Below are positions 1-9,655 of a DNA stretch of 64,000 bases, piece by piece. The position numbers and the translations under genes were made by a program. Within the stretch, counting starts at the first letter, position 1, and each line of letters begins with the position of its first letter. The DNA comes from a virus (Duplodnaviria > Caudoviricetes), in the IMG/VR virus record IMGVR_UViG_3300022661_000051. One strand, 5' to 3'. The notes under the pieces are model-generated. The model was given only the letters and a program-made list of their open reading frames with translations. It was not told the DNA's origin and searched no databases.

Positions 1-90
1 CTCAGTAATCTTCGAGACTATAGATAACTTAATTAAGGGATTTAATGATAAAGTGTAAATCTCATCTATTACTTTTGAATATTCGTTCAT
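1..90 (-). CDS. 5' part of a hypothetical protein running off the left edge (MNEYSKVIDEIY...)
   Basis: ATG at 90-88 preceded by AAGGAAAGGA; frame is open to position 1. Confidence 0.55.
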   Translation of the reverse strand, partial: MNEYSKVIDEIYTLSLNPLIKLSIVSKITE

Positions 91-137
91 GGTGTGTTCA
101 TTCCTTTCCTTTAGTCGTTATAAGACTAAACAAGGAC

Positions 138-617
138 TTATTCTTTGAAATACTTATCGCGTATCATAAGCATATAGTCAACAATTTCCTTAGACGACGA
201 TGTATCATCGAAATGATTTCTGATCGCGCTTCTAGTAGTAAAGAGGCAGTGTCTATTTTCTAGAAATAAGAATCTACACATCTGTTCTTTATATATTGGC
301 GCGATAGATTCTACTATTTTAATAATAGCTGATTCTGTTGTTGGTGGCACGAATAAAAATATTGAAACTTGTAATTCTTTATCATGTTCGCTTAATGAGC
401 TGCACATCGATAATCTAGGTTTGCAAGGTTTAGAGTCTGAAGGTATCACTGTAATTTTATTAAAATTGATAGATGGATATGGACGAGTATCAAACTGAGC
501 ATCTATATTCATCTTATGAAACTCCAGAATCATTTGGTAAAGCAATTCAGGATTTTCAAGTATATCTTCTATTGTATTAGATTTCATCTTCATTTCAAGT
601 ATTTTTGAGTTTGACAT
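138..617 (-). CDS. hypothetical phage protein
   Basis: 159-aa ORF with GGAGGA RBS upstream; no recognisable motif. Confidence 0.75.
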   Translation of the reverse strand: MSNSKILEMKMKSNTIEDILENPELLYQMILEFHKMNIDAQFDTRPYPSINFNKITVIPSDSKPCKPRLSMCSSLSEHDKELQVSIFLFVPPTTESAIIKIVESIAPIYKEQMCRFLFLENRHCLFTTRSAIRNHFDDTSSSKEIVDYMLMIRDKYFKE

Positions 618-638
618 AAGTAAATCCTCCTGGTTATT

Positions 639-676
639 AAAAATAAACCCCAGACAAAATCTGGGGTTTATTTTTT
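639..676. terminator. intrinsic terminator hairpin with A/T tracts on both sides
   Basis: AAAAATAAACCCCAGA-caaaa-TCTGGGGTTTATTTTT. Confidence 0.75.
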
Positions 677-1796
677 AAAGATTGGTTGAAACAATTCGTC
701 GTTCATTGATATATACAGAGATCATCCTATTATATATCCTGAATGTCATAGCTTCTGCTGCAGTATGACGTTCATCCGGATTATTAATAAGATCAAGCTC
801 TTCTGTTATAGCATTCATCAACCTAGGTTCTATTTTTGGATTGTTGATGTTTTCTTCATTTAAAAACTTTTTAAGTTTTTCTTCAATAACATCGATATCC
901 GGATTTCTATTACTATTATTGATCACCCTTGCTGGAGGATCGATAATAGTAATATCCGATTCGTTAATATCTACAACTGGCGTTGTAGATGGGGTACTAA
1001 AACCGGCACCAGTATCATTGATCATTGATGTCGGCACTTCTTCCATTGGTAATGGAAGAAGAACTGGAGCTAAAGCCGTTGTTGTATTCTCGAGCTTATT
1101 CTCCTCTGTAGTTGACTGTGACTGCTGCTGAGCTGCAGTGTTTGCCTGCTGAATAACATTGTCCATCTTCTGAGATAATGCCTTTATGTCTTCAGGCTTT
1201 ACCTCTCCGTTCATTATCTGTGTATTGGATACCATCCCCCCAAGCGGTTCACTTCTGTACCACTTGATCTTGGATATCACAAAATCTCCAATACTCATTA
1301 AGACGGAAGTCGAACAATCAGATGGAGCATATATACGTCCATCAAATATCGACTTATCAATCAACTGACCGGCCGGTCCATTTAATGTTACCATAAATAA
1401 ATATGGATTAGGTAACGGACTTTCTGGGGCGATATAATCTTCAAGGGTAATTGAATAACCCTTGATATCTAAACCAGGGCATGTCTGGTTGATATATGCA
1501 GGTACCTGTGAAATACTATTCCACCAGTATCTGCAGGCTTCGCACCATCCAGCAATAGTGAATTCTTTATTGTTAAGATTTCTCTGTGCTGGGTTTTCAA
1601 TACACTTATCAGCAACCATTTGGTGCTGCTGATAGTTGTACATTTCAGAATGGTTATTCATTCTGTTATCCGCCGGAATCTTTCCTGCAAGTCTATCAAG
1701 ACCCATCTGAAGATTCTTCAGATTATTTGATGTTTCGATATCGCCTGCCATTGCAGCTGATACGATTCCATTTAAAAGATTTGATGTTGTATTCAT
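675..1796 (-). CDS. hypothetical early protein
   Basis: Long ORF; start moved to ATG 1796 (MNTTSN) because AAAGGAGAGA lies just upstream; early promoter at 1856-1871. Confidence 0.75.
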   Translation of the reverse strand: MNTTSNLLNGIVSAAMAGDIETSNNLKNLQMGLDRLAGKIPADNRMNNHSEMYNYQQHQMVADKCIENPAQRNLNNKEFTIAGWCEACRYWWNSISQVPAYINQTCPGLDIKGYSITLEDYIAPESPLPNPYLFMVTLNGPAGQLIDKSIFDGRIYAPSDCSTSVLMSIGDFVISKIKWYRSEPLGGMVSNTQIMNGEVKPEDIKALSQKMDNVIQQANTAAQQQSQSTTEENKLENTTTALAPVLLPLPMEEVPTSMINDTGAGFSTPSTTPVVDINESDITIIDPPARVINNSNRNPDIDVIEEKLKKFLNEENINNPKIEPRLMNAITEELDLINNPDERHTAAEAMTFRIYNRMISVYINERRIVSTNL

Positions 1797-1855
1797 AGTA
1801 TCTCTCCTTTGAATATATAAGTTTTTTGTTTTTGAAGCTATATATGCTTCTCTTT

Positions 1856-1871
1856 TCACCTATATTATATA
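1856..1871 (-). promoter_or_regulatory. early-type phage promoter
   Basis: TATATAAT-ATAG-GTGA matches the motif found 9 times upstream of genes. Confidence 0.65.
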
Positions 1872-1886
1872 TAAGTGAAACTATTT

Positions 1887-3404
1887 TTACAGCCTGATAA
1901 ACGGGTTGATACCGTTCTTGCTTCTTTCTTCCATAATACGAAATGCAGTATCTTCCAATTCGACATTAGTAAAACGCATTTCTTTTGTCGAAAGCGCATA
2001 CTTTTCAAACAGCGGAAGATTGTTTATATAGTATTTACTAGTAGTAGAACAAGAATCATCTATTAAATCTATATAGAAAGTATTAGCGCCTCTTGTTCTA
2101 CCTAAACGCTGGCGGTTCTGTGTTTCTGATTTGTAAGGCTCGGCTAATTGTACTGAACATACAACGTCAGAAATATCCAGAGCTGCTCCTGCTGATTGTG
2201 ATGTAGTAAGAATTATATTTTTACTCTTGGCAGATTCTTTATCATCGTTTATAGATGTATATATACCTACCATATTATCGTATTCTGGATAGTTGCAGAT
2301 TATCCATTCATACATATACATTACCGCATTATTAGTTGATAAGAAGATTAACTTCTTACCTCGCATTCTCGATATGATATCCATTATGACACGACATATA
2401 AGATCAAAATTTCTCTTGTATATAACCTGGTCACAATAGATTAATCTATTGAATCCGTATAATGTATTACACTTACTAATCTCTTTAGCGTCAAGACCGG
2501 ATTTATATCTAATAGCGATATATCTGGTTCTGGGATCGCTATTGGGATCGAATAGTACAATATTTGGCACGTTCTTAAAATAAGTCTGAAAGATCTCGTT
2601 TTCCCTTTCGTCAGACTTTGCCGGAGTAGCCGTTAAGTATAACGTTCTATAAACATTGGTGTGGAAGTCTATAGCCGTTATATTATCAAAATGCAGATGA
2701 GCCTCGTCAAATATCTTTATACCTATTCCTAAGTGTGTAAATAATTGACTTATATAATCCCATCCGTTATTACTAGCAAGACTAGCAATAGTACCATGAG
2801 TAATAAGATATATCTTATTACGATCGATCTCTTCTGGAGATTTAGACATTAGAATTCTAGCATGGTCCGATCCATCTATAAAACAAATGTCTCTTGGTAA
2901 TATATTTGTGTGCTCAGTGATTCTAGTTTTCCATTGATTAAGCCAATCAACCGAGCAAGTTATTATTACCGACTTTATATTAAGAGCAGACATATAAGCA
3001 ATACCCAAATATGTCTTTCCTGCTCCTGTATTTAGATTCACTGCTAACTGTGAATAGTTTTTAGTGTATCTATACTGCCCTTTGCCTAATAAGAATGATA
3101 ACGTTTCTATCTGTTTTTCATTCTTAGGTTTATACCGAACAAGCGTTCGATCATTATTATACCTAAACGGAGAATTCTTATTCTCATAATAGGCTTTAAC
3201 TCCAATAACTTTTTCAAGAAGAGATATATCCATACCTCTAGGAAGTGTAAGAGTTTTATTGGTATCGTCATATTCTATACACTTATAGTGTAAAGAATGA
3301 GTTACACCATCCCAAGTTCGAAAACAGTTTTCTATCTTAGGATAATCACCAAATGTATAATCGTTAATGATTATACAAGTTTGTTTTACTACGATTTTGT
3401 ACAT
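1887..3404 (-). CDS. superfamily 2 (DEAH, UvsW-like) helicase
   Basis: Walker A NTGAGKT, IFDEAH, LTATP, motif VI QRLGRTR; start at ATG 3404 after AGGAG. Confidence 0.9.
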   Translation of the reverse strand: MYKIVVKQTCIIINDYTFGDYPKIENCFRTWDGVTHSLHYKCIEYDDTNKTLTLPRGMDISLLEKVIGVKAYYENKNSPFRYNNDRTLVRYKPKNEKQIETLSFLLGKGQYRYTKNYSQLAVNLNTGAGKTYLGIAYMSALNIKSVIITCSVDWLNQWKTRITEHTNILPRDICFIDGSDHARILMSKSPEEIDRNKIYLITHGTIASLASNNGWDYISQLFTHLGIGIKIFDEAHLHFDNITAIDFHTNVYRTLYLTATPAKSDERENEIFQTYFKNVPNIVLFDPNSDPRTRYIAIRYKSGLDAKEISKCNTLYGFNRLIYCDQVIYKRNFDLICRVIMDIISRMRGKKLIFLSTNNAVMYMYEWIICNYPEYDNMVGIYTSINDDKESAKSKNIILTTSQSAGAALDISDVVCSVQLAEPYKSETQNRQRLGRTRGANTFYIDLIDDSCSTTSKYYINNLPLFEKYALSTKEMRFTNVELEDTAFRIMEERSKNGINPFIRL

Positions 3405-3428
3405 CACTGTTTTCTCCTTAACATAAAT

Positions 3429-3453
3429 AAAAGGGAGCACTATAGCTCCCTTT
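3429..3453 (-). terminator. hairpin between the RNAP and helicase genes
   Basis: AAGGGAGC-actata-GCTCCCTT followed by a U tract on the minus strand. Confidence 0.55.
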
Positions 3454-3454
3454 C

Positions 3455-5623
3455 TTATTCATCGTTATGTTCCACCTTAACAAACGCCGGTACTCCCTTA
3501 ACTTCAACTTCTGGTGTCGAAGCAATAAATTTCTGTGGCTGTACATGATGGAACAAATCATATCTTGATGGTTTCTTCTTCTTAAATGATAACGGATTAT
3601 AAAGTGTCTTTGCAATGTTATCGAACTGAAGAGAAACAGTTATTGATGGATTTGTTTCAAGAGCTCGTCTCAATGTTAAGACTTGATAATTCGTCTGGTT
3701 TGGAACATCCCAATCTGGTGTTGTGAGAATATCATCTGAAGATCTTATTTGATTCATAATGATAATTTCAGAATGAACGCTCATAACATTATCAAGACCG
3801 CAGTCTATAAGGTTTGAAAGGAATTCCTGTAAGAATTCTTCCTTAGTAAACGACTCGGTCACTTTCTTAAGATTAAGAGTGTTGAAGGTCTTCTTCAACT
3901 TATTAGACAGGTCATCATTAAAGATTCCCATTTCAAACATAGGAATCTCCTCTACCTGAAGTAAATGAACCGGAATTGAAATTAATTCATCATCATTATT
4001 TAAACCCCTACTGTGCACGAGTTTACTCAGCTCTGGAGTTATAAACAAGTTATCGTTTTCCTGAGTATGGAATTCGATATTAACTCCATCTTCATCAACG
4101 ATTCTGAATGAATTTATATATTCTTTGTCGATGCTTGAATCGTCGTCATCATCGTCGCCGAACTCAATAGTTTCAATACAGATATCATCTCTTGAAATAA
4201 CAACACAGCATTTCTTTGATACCTGTAATGATGGATCCATAGATACAATACCTTCTTCAATATTAAGATATTTATCTATATCTCCTACCCATTTAGGATT
4301 GTAGATCTTAACTTCAAGAAGATGCTTAGCGGAAAGCATTACCTGAGTAAGAATAGCAGATATGATCTCAGCTGCAGTTTTACCTACGTTAAAACCGCTA
4401 TTGGTGTTGAATAATTCACCATAACACTTTTTACATATACCAAGTCCTTTAGCTGCACTTGAGCATGTAATTGGAGATCTTAGATAGATAAGTTTACCGA
4501 TAGCTGGATGATTATCTACCAACATATCGCCATGACCGATATTAAATTCTAATCCATGAGGATCGTATCTATAATATCGATCTGCAAATAATTTTAACCA
4601 TTTCTTGTTAGGAATGATTATAGGTACATAATTCTTTGTATGGCAGTCATAAGTTGGATCTGGTTCTGATGTTCCAGGTTTACAATACAACGATGTATCC
4701 ATACAATTCATACCTAAACGTTTTGCGCTAGAACCAGAATCAGCAGTGTTTCGCTTAGTAATAATCTGAGCAATTCTGCCGTTGCCAGAGTCTATAAAGG
4801 TCTCCTCTAAAGTACGAAGACCTCCGACTAAATAAGAACCCTCGATTGTATAAGCACCAATTCCGCCTTCACCATTAGGCTTGGCACCAACAATAATTCC
4901 AAGTTCTTTCATCTGTTTATCCTTCATTCCGACCTTTGCTCTTGTAGCATCTCCAAGACCAATACTACGTCCAATGAACTTCTTAGCATTAACGAAGAAT
5001 TTTTTCATTGTATTGACGTCTTCCATTGCTCTTGGATTTATCTGGTCAACTGGACAATCTCTATAACGTTCTTTACCATGAATAAGTTCATCAAATTCAG
5101 GTGATGCGTTACAAAGATCGATAAAATCTTCTATGCATATTGCATTGTTGAAGAACATGCCGAATTCATCGACAAATCTTAACAAACTCAGCGAAGTGTA
5201 TATCAAGTTGTTAAGGTATTCGATTCTCATAGTGGATCTATTGGGATCGATACAATACTTATTGATATATTTTTCGATGGCGTTTCTGGTAATACCATCC
5301 TTCTCCAAGAATATATGTCTGGGACGTACACGACGTCCAGCGTTGATTATGAATGACCACATTGAAATATTTATCAATGCATCTGCGGTGGTCAAATGAA
5401 TAACTACTCCGTCGCCGAAGTCGAAAGTTATTCGGGTGTTTTGCAGGTTTTCATTTTCAATATAATCTCTGAATAAATTCAGAAGACCATTGTAATAATC
5501 CATATGATTATCTGGTGTGATATCATCGGTCTTAATTATAATTTGCTCTCCCTGGAATATCTTGTTGAATACTCCATAGTCAGTCATATAATTGACCGGT
5601 GTTGTTTGTTCAATATTGTTCAT
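3455..5623 (-). CDS. phage multisubunit RNA polymerase beta'-like subunit, C-terminal half (probably non-virion RNAP)
   Basis: Bridge-helix TADSGSSAKRL, Zn site RSPITC...GICKKCYG, trigger-loop GKTAAEIISAILTQVMLSAKH; no DxDGD. Early promoter upstream and adjacent helicase resemble phiKZ gp74-gp75. Confidence 0.9.
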   Translation of the reverse strand: MNNIEQTTPVNYMTDYGVFNKIFQGEQIIIKTDDITPDNHMDYYNGLLNLFRDYIENENLQNTRITFDFGDGVVIHLTTADALINISMWSFIINAGRRVRPRHIFLEKDGITRNAIEKYINKYCIDPNRSTMRIEYLNNLIYTSLSLLRFVDEFGMFFNNAICIEDFIDLCNASPEFDELIHGKERYRDCPVDQINPRAMEDVNTMKKFFVNAKKFIGRSIGLGDATRAKVGMKDKQMKELGIIVGAKPNGEGGIGAYTIEGSYLVGGLRTLEETFIDSGNGRIAQIITKRNTADSGSSAKRLGMNCMDTSLYCKPGTSEPDPTYDCHTKNYVPIIIPNKKWLKLFADRYYRYDPHGLEFNIGHGDMLVDNHPAIGKLIYLRSPITCSSAAKGLGICKKCYGELFNTNSGFNVGKTAAEIISAILTQVMLSAKHLLEVKIYNPKWVGDIDKYLNIEEGIVSMDPSLQVSKKCCVVISRDDICIETIEFGDDDDDDSSIDKEYINSFRIVDEDGVNIEFHTQENDNLFITPELSKLVHSRGLNNDDELISIPVHLLQVEEIPMFEMGIFNDDLSNKLKKTFNTLNLKKVTESFTKEEFLQEFLSNLIDCGLDNVMSVHSEIIIMNQIRSSDDILTTPDWDVPNQTNYQVLTLRRALETNPSITVSLQFDNIAKTLYNPLSFKKKKPSRYDLFHHVQPQKFIASTPEVEVKGVPAFVKVEHNDE

Positions 5624-5689
5624 AGCTTCTTTTCCTCCTATATTATTTATAGAATTGTTTTCGAAGAAGTGAATCTCTACTTCTACTCA

Positions 5690-5705
5690 TCATCACTATA
5701 ATATA
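5690..5705 (-). promoter_or_regulatory. early-type phage promoter
   Basis: TATATTAT-AGTG-ATGA upstream of the beta' gene. Confidence 0.6.
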
Positions 5706-5723
5706 TAAATTCAGGAAAAGTTA

Positions 5724-5747
5724 TGAGAGTCGGTCACCCGACTCTCA
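5724..5747 (-). terminator. terminator hairpin
   Basis: TGAGAGTCGG-tcac-CCGACTCTCA just after the stop at 5759. Confidence 0.65.
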
Positions 5748-5758
5748 AATAATTTTGT

Positions 5759-6217
5759 TTAACCCTTATCTCTGTTATTAAGGTCTGAAGTTTTAAGCAT
5801 CTTAGACTGGTTAGAGCCCTTAAGATATGCCTTCTGACCCTGGATAGCAACCTTCTTAGCTGCATTAGCGTACTTCTTCTTGATTGCTCTAAGAAGCTTT
5901 CTTTCATTAACTCTGTTAAGAACAAGCTTCTTCCAAAGAGCATCATTCTTCTGCTTAGCGATCTGAAGGGCAGCCATTGTTGAACGACGAGTAATATCGT
6001 CATTCTTATTAAGACGGACAAGTGTCTTTCTTGAAGTGATGTTCTTCTTCTCAAGAAGAGCAACCTCGCCGCTCTCAAAGAGAGCTCTCTTATCCTCGTC
6101 AGAATCTGCGTAGTGATCGTCATAGAAGAACTGTTCCATAAGTTCATCAAGGTTGATATCGATATCTTCAAGTGTATCTTCATTAGTGTAGCCCTTAGAG
6201 CTTGTAAAAATACCCAT
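5759..6217 (-). CDS. putative internal virion protein with acidic N-half and very basic C-half
   Basis: AGGAGG RBS; MGIFT N-terminus shared with head proteins at 37114 and 38464; two late promoters upstream. Confidence 0.7.
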   Translation of the reverse strand: MGIFTSSKGYTNEDTLEDIDINLDELMEQFFYDDHYADSDEDKRALFESGEVALLEKKNITSRKTLVRLNKNDDITRRSTMAALQIAKQKNDALWKKLVLNRVNERKLLRAIKKKYANAAKKVAIQGQKAYLKGSNQSKMLKTSDLNNRDKG

Positions 6218-6247
6218 AGATAAATTCCTCCTTTATATAAATATAAT

Positions 6248-6291
6248 TATTAGTATGTTTAAATTACCTGGGAAGGTATTATAATATTGTT
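6248..6291 (-). promoter_or_regulatory. two tandem late-type promoters
   Basis: AACA-TACTAA-TA (6259-6248) and AACA-ATATTA-TA (6291-6280). Confidence 0.65.
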
Positions 6292-6336
6292 CTTTCAAGA
6301 AAAAATAAAGAGGATGAGAAGAAAAAAAGAATGGCA

Positions 6337-6744
6337 TCAAAAGATGCCATTCTTGGTAGGATCGATGGCCGCCTCGACCATCTGTCCAATTAATAAAGCC
6401 TTCTCGAGGCGTTCCAAAGTCCTGAGCTTTTTAACGCCCTCATAGTTCTGGCTTAACAGGACAAGCATCTTGTCCCATTCTTCATTAAGGTTGCGGTGGT
6501 GGTTAGATTCGTTTAAATCTAACCATCGCTGAGCATCTTCATGCTCAGCGTAGTGTCTTGAGTGGAGCTCTATCCACTCATTCACGTCACATGGATTCAT
6601 GTCGAAAATCCATGTGATAACTTTAACGGCCGCCTCATAAAGACCGCCGTTAAAAGCAAGTTCACCATCATAGATGTGAACTTGCTCAATTTCGTTCGCA
6701 ATCTGCTGCACTGACCTAGTAGCTGTAGTAGTGATATTTAACAT
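6337..6744 (-). CDS. hypothetical early protein
   Basis: 135-aa ORF, AGGAGG RBS, visibly more GC-rich than neighbours, early promoter at 6880-6895. Confidence 0.75.
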   Translation of the reverse strand: MLNITTTATRSVQQIANEIEQVHIYDGELAFNGGLYEAAVKVITWIFDMNPCDVNEWIELHSRHYAEHEDAQRWLDLNESNHHRNLNEEWDKMLVLLSQNYEGVKKLRTLERLEKALLIGQMVEAAIDPTKNGIF

Positions 6745-6751
6745 AATGATT

Positions 6752-6881
6752 TGGGCCTCCTAGCCCACACTCCGTAGGAGTGGCCCGATGACTAGTCGGG
6801 ACTTTTCTTGGTATCATAGACTTTCTGCAGTGAAGCCTATGATGAATAAGGTATGTAAAAGATTTATATTATTCCTTATTC
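6752..6881 (-). promoter_or_regulatory. structured 5' leader with five consecutive hairpins
   Basis: Stems at 6844-6881, 6813-6843, 6784-6800, 6768-6782 and 6752-6767; the last has the RBS in its loop/stem. Confidence 0.6.
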
Positions 6882-6895
6882 ACTATAATTATATA
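6880..6895 (-). promoter_or_regulatory. early-type phage promoter
   Basis: TATATAAT-TATA-GTGA. Confidence 0.65.
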
Positions 6896-6934
6896 TATCT
6901 GAAAATATGAAGTTTTACAAATTATACATACTCT

Positions 6935-6946
6935 AACAATATAATA
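6935..6946 (+). promoter_or_regulatory. late/middle-type promoter of the DNA polymerase gene
   Basis: AACA-ATATAA-TA. Confidence 0.6.
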
Positions 6947-6997
6947 CAACAACATAATCGTACCTAATTAGGCACGTTTAGGAATTAGGAGGTTCTT

Positions 6998-9579
6998 ATG
7001 GAAACAACTACAAACACGATTAATATCAACTCTCCGGCTATTGATATTTATAGGAATGAAATGCTCGATGCTCTCAAACTTTCATTCCCTGCAATGTATG
7101 AAAGCGATCTTATCGATGCTATAAACTACTCTATAGCTAAAAGATCAAAAGACTCAAATTGTGTACTTGATAATAACTACACAAAGAAAAGACAGGACAC
7201 TACCCTCTTCAAGGTTCTTGAATATATTATCGATAAAGAACCAATTATTACAGTGGCGGGTGTAATGTTTAAAAAACACGGCTCGGAACCAAATCCGTAT
7301 GTAGATCTCATTCAAAGCTTCTTAAAGATGAGAGGTGTATATAAGAATGAGATGTTTAAATATCCGAAAGGTTCTGATATGTTCGAAAAGTATAATCTTC
7401 TTCAATTATCAGAAAAAGTATCAGCTAACGCCATGAGATAAGTACGTACGTGGCAGCTTATAGTAATATAAGCTTAAGAATGCATTGAACTGCTGGGAAA
7501 CCCTAAAGCTTGGTCCACCACAACGTAATCCGAAAGGATAAGCGTGATGGTTTGAAAAGGACCAAGATAGTTGACTACTGTACAGTAGTCAACTAATGGG
7601 TAATCAGCAGCTAAGAATCTAAAGAAAGGAGGCGTAAAATTATTATGAATATTTTTGAAAAGGTATATACTAATCCAACTAATGGAGAACATTGAGTTGT
7701 TTAAAGAGCCGTTCTAAATACAAAAATATTTCAAGTAATTATAATTTCTAAGATTAAAGTTCAACGACTATCCCGTAAGGGAGTAGAACTCAAGCGAGTT
7801 CGAAGTGGTGCACTCCTATATTTGTTATAGGATGAAGATATAGTCTGTCCCTTTTAGAAATTTAAGGGAAGTTCATAAGAGAACTGCGTATAAGTAGCGA
7901 CTATACGTGACATACAACGATACGGTGCATCAGGAATGTGCACATCTGTATTTTATAATTTATATGTAGCTCAGAGTGTAACTATGCAGGGTCAGAGTTG
8001 TATCTCGACAGCAATCATGCTCTTTGAGTCGTTTATGGCTAATAACGTTAAGTTTGGTTCTCTTAACGAAGCTATTACATTCATTAATAATATTCGAAAA
8101 GAAAAAAGAACTTATATGGATTATGCGGTTATAGATAGAGACATTACTGTTCAGGAATGTTTCATGCAGGTCGTATCTACATTCGGGTTCTATTATATCC
8201 CAACAGAAAAGGATATGATGATTATATGGGATATACTTAATAAACTTCCTCAGCAGGATATAAATAGAATATTCTATAAGAATAATCTTTTCAACTTCGT
8301 AGACAATAGATATGTCATGAATAAAATCATTGAGGTTTTATCTACTCTTAAAACTCCATTTATGGATCCTAATGATCCTCCGGAAGAAATTAAAGACTCG
8401 CTTGGAGAGGTGTATGATCTTCTTAAAGAATGGGTTTATTATGATCAGCAGTATATGGATAGAATTGATAGAGCATATAACATGTACCGTTGCGTTTCTG
8501 TACTTACCGATACCGATAGTTGCTTTATAAGTTTTGACGGATGGTATAGATATATTCTCGACAAGATTTATAATATTCCGATGAGGATTAAAGAAATCGA
8601 AATGAATGAAGATACTGGTGAGGTATCACCCGCAGAACAGATTAGTTATGATTACGATTTCTATAAAGATGAAATCATTGAGTTAAAACAGACAATTCGT
8701 CCAAATATAATCGGACCTGGTGTTGGTTTCAGATGTTCTATTATCAATATTCTTGCATATACAATGGGAAAATTGTCCATAGATTATATGTATAAATACT
8801 CAACAAACTCTAACGCTACAACATGTGCCGATGGTTCTAAGAGAGCATCATATTATATTCTTAAGAACGAATTCCAGCTTAAAAGAGCTCTCGTTACAGA
8901 TAATAAAAAGAACTACTGTTCGTATCAGGAGCGACAGGAAGCAAGCATCATCCCTGCAGAAAAAGCTCTTGATATTAAAGGTATGCCTATCAGAAAGGTT
9001 GGAATACCAAAAACAACAAGACATGCTCTTGAAAGTATATTGTTTGATTGCATATTAAATGCAGGAGATAATATCAGTCAAGTTGAGATTGTTAAGAGAC
9101 TTGCAATATTAGAAAAGAGAATTTATAATTCGATTATGGCAGGAGATAAGGAATTCTTTAAACCTGTTAGAATTAAGTCTATGGCAGGATATGACGATCC
9201 AATGGGTCAGTTCGGAATAAAAGCATCCGTTGCATATAATGAATTAAGAGACGCCAACGCAGAACCTATTGACCTTGAACAGAGAAATAGTATATTGGTG
9301 GTTAAGACCGATATTACTGATAAGAATGTGGATATTATTAAAGACACATTCCCACATCAATACGAAAAAATGATAGCATTATTGAACGATGAAAACTTTA
9401 AGAAAGGCATTACTAAAATAGCATTACCTGAGAATATAGACGTTCCAGAATGGCTTAAACCTTTCATTAACTTTAATGAGATTATTAATGATAACTTAAA
9501 GACGTTCCCAAGCGAAGCTGTCGGTATTGATAGGCTTGATAAAGATAGTGTTAACTACACAAATATCATTAGACTCTAA
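6998..9579 (+). CDS. family B DNA polymerase subunit (split phiKZ/AR9-type), spliced: join(6998..7434,7920..9579), 698 aa
   Basis: Removing the intron restores motif B K-VSA-N-AI-YG; motif C LTDTDS; KKNY and DIKG downstream. Confidence 0.9.
7435..7919 (+). mobile_element. group I self-splicing intron without an intact homing endonuclease
   Basis: 5' exon GCCAU pairs with IGS GUGGC (7450-7454), giving U.G at the splice site; terminal G7919; core elements AACTGCTGGGAAA, AATCAGCAG, GTTCAACGACTA and AAGATATAGTCT (P7 GACUA/UAGUC); excision restores the frame. Confidence 0.92.
7645..7695 (+). pseudogene. 16-codon mini-ORF in an intron loop, probable homing-endonuclease remnant
   Basis: AAGGAGG followed by ATG-AAT-ATT...CAT-TGA (MNIFEKVYTNPTNGEH) in an AT-rich loop between the Q and R elements. 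Confidence 0.45.
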
Positions 9580-9594
9580 TACAGTATATATTTG

Positions 9595-9610
9595 TATATT
9601 ATAGTGGTGA
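9595..9610 (+). promoter_or_regulatory. early-type phage promoter overlapping a 5' hairpin
   Basis: TATATTAT-AGTG-GTGA; hairpin GGTGAGAAGGA-gcaa-TCCTTCTCACC. Confidence 0.65.
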
Positions 9611-9655
9611 GAAGGAGCAATCCTTCTCACCAATTATATTTTGGAGGTAAAGATT

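Noticed and set aside
5734-6183. 149-aa ORF overlapping 5759-6217 on the same strand
   Set aside because: The 6217 frame has the AGGAGG RBS, the MGIFT motif and typical composition; this frame has none of these
6998-9579. Two separate genes (147 aa and 547 aa) as in the ORF track, and antisense ORF 7474-7692
   Set aside because: Better explained as one polymerase gene split by a group I intron
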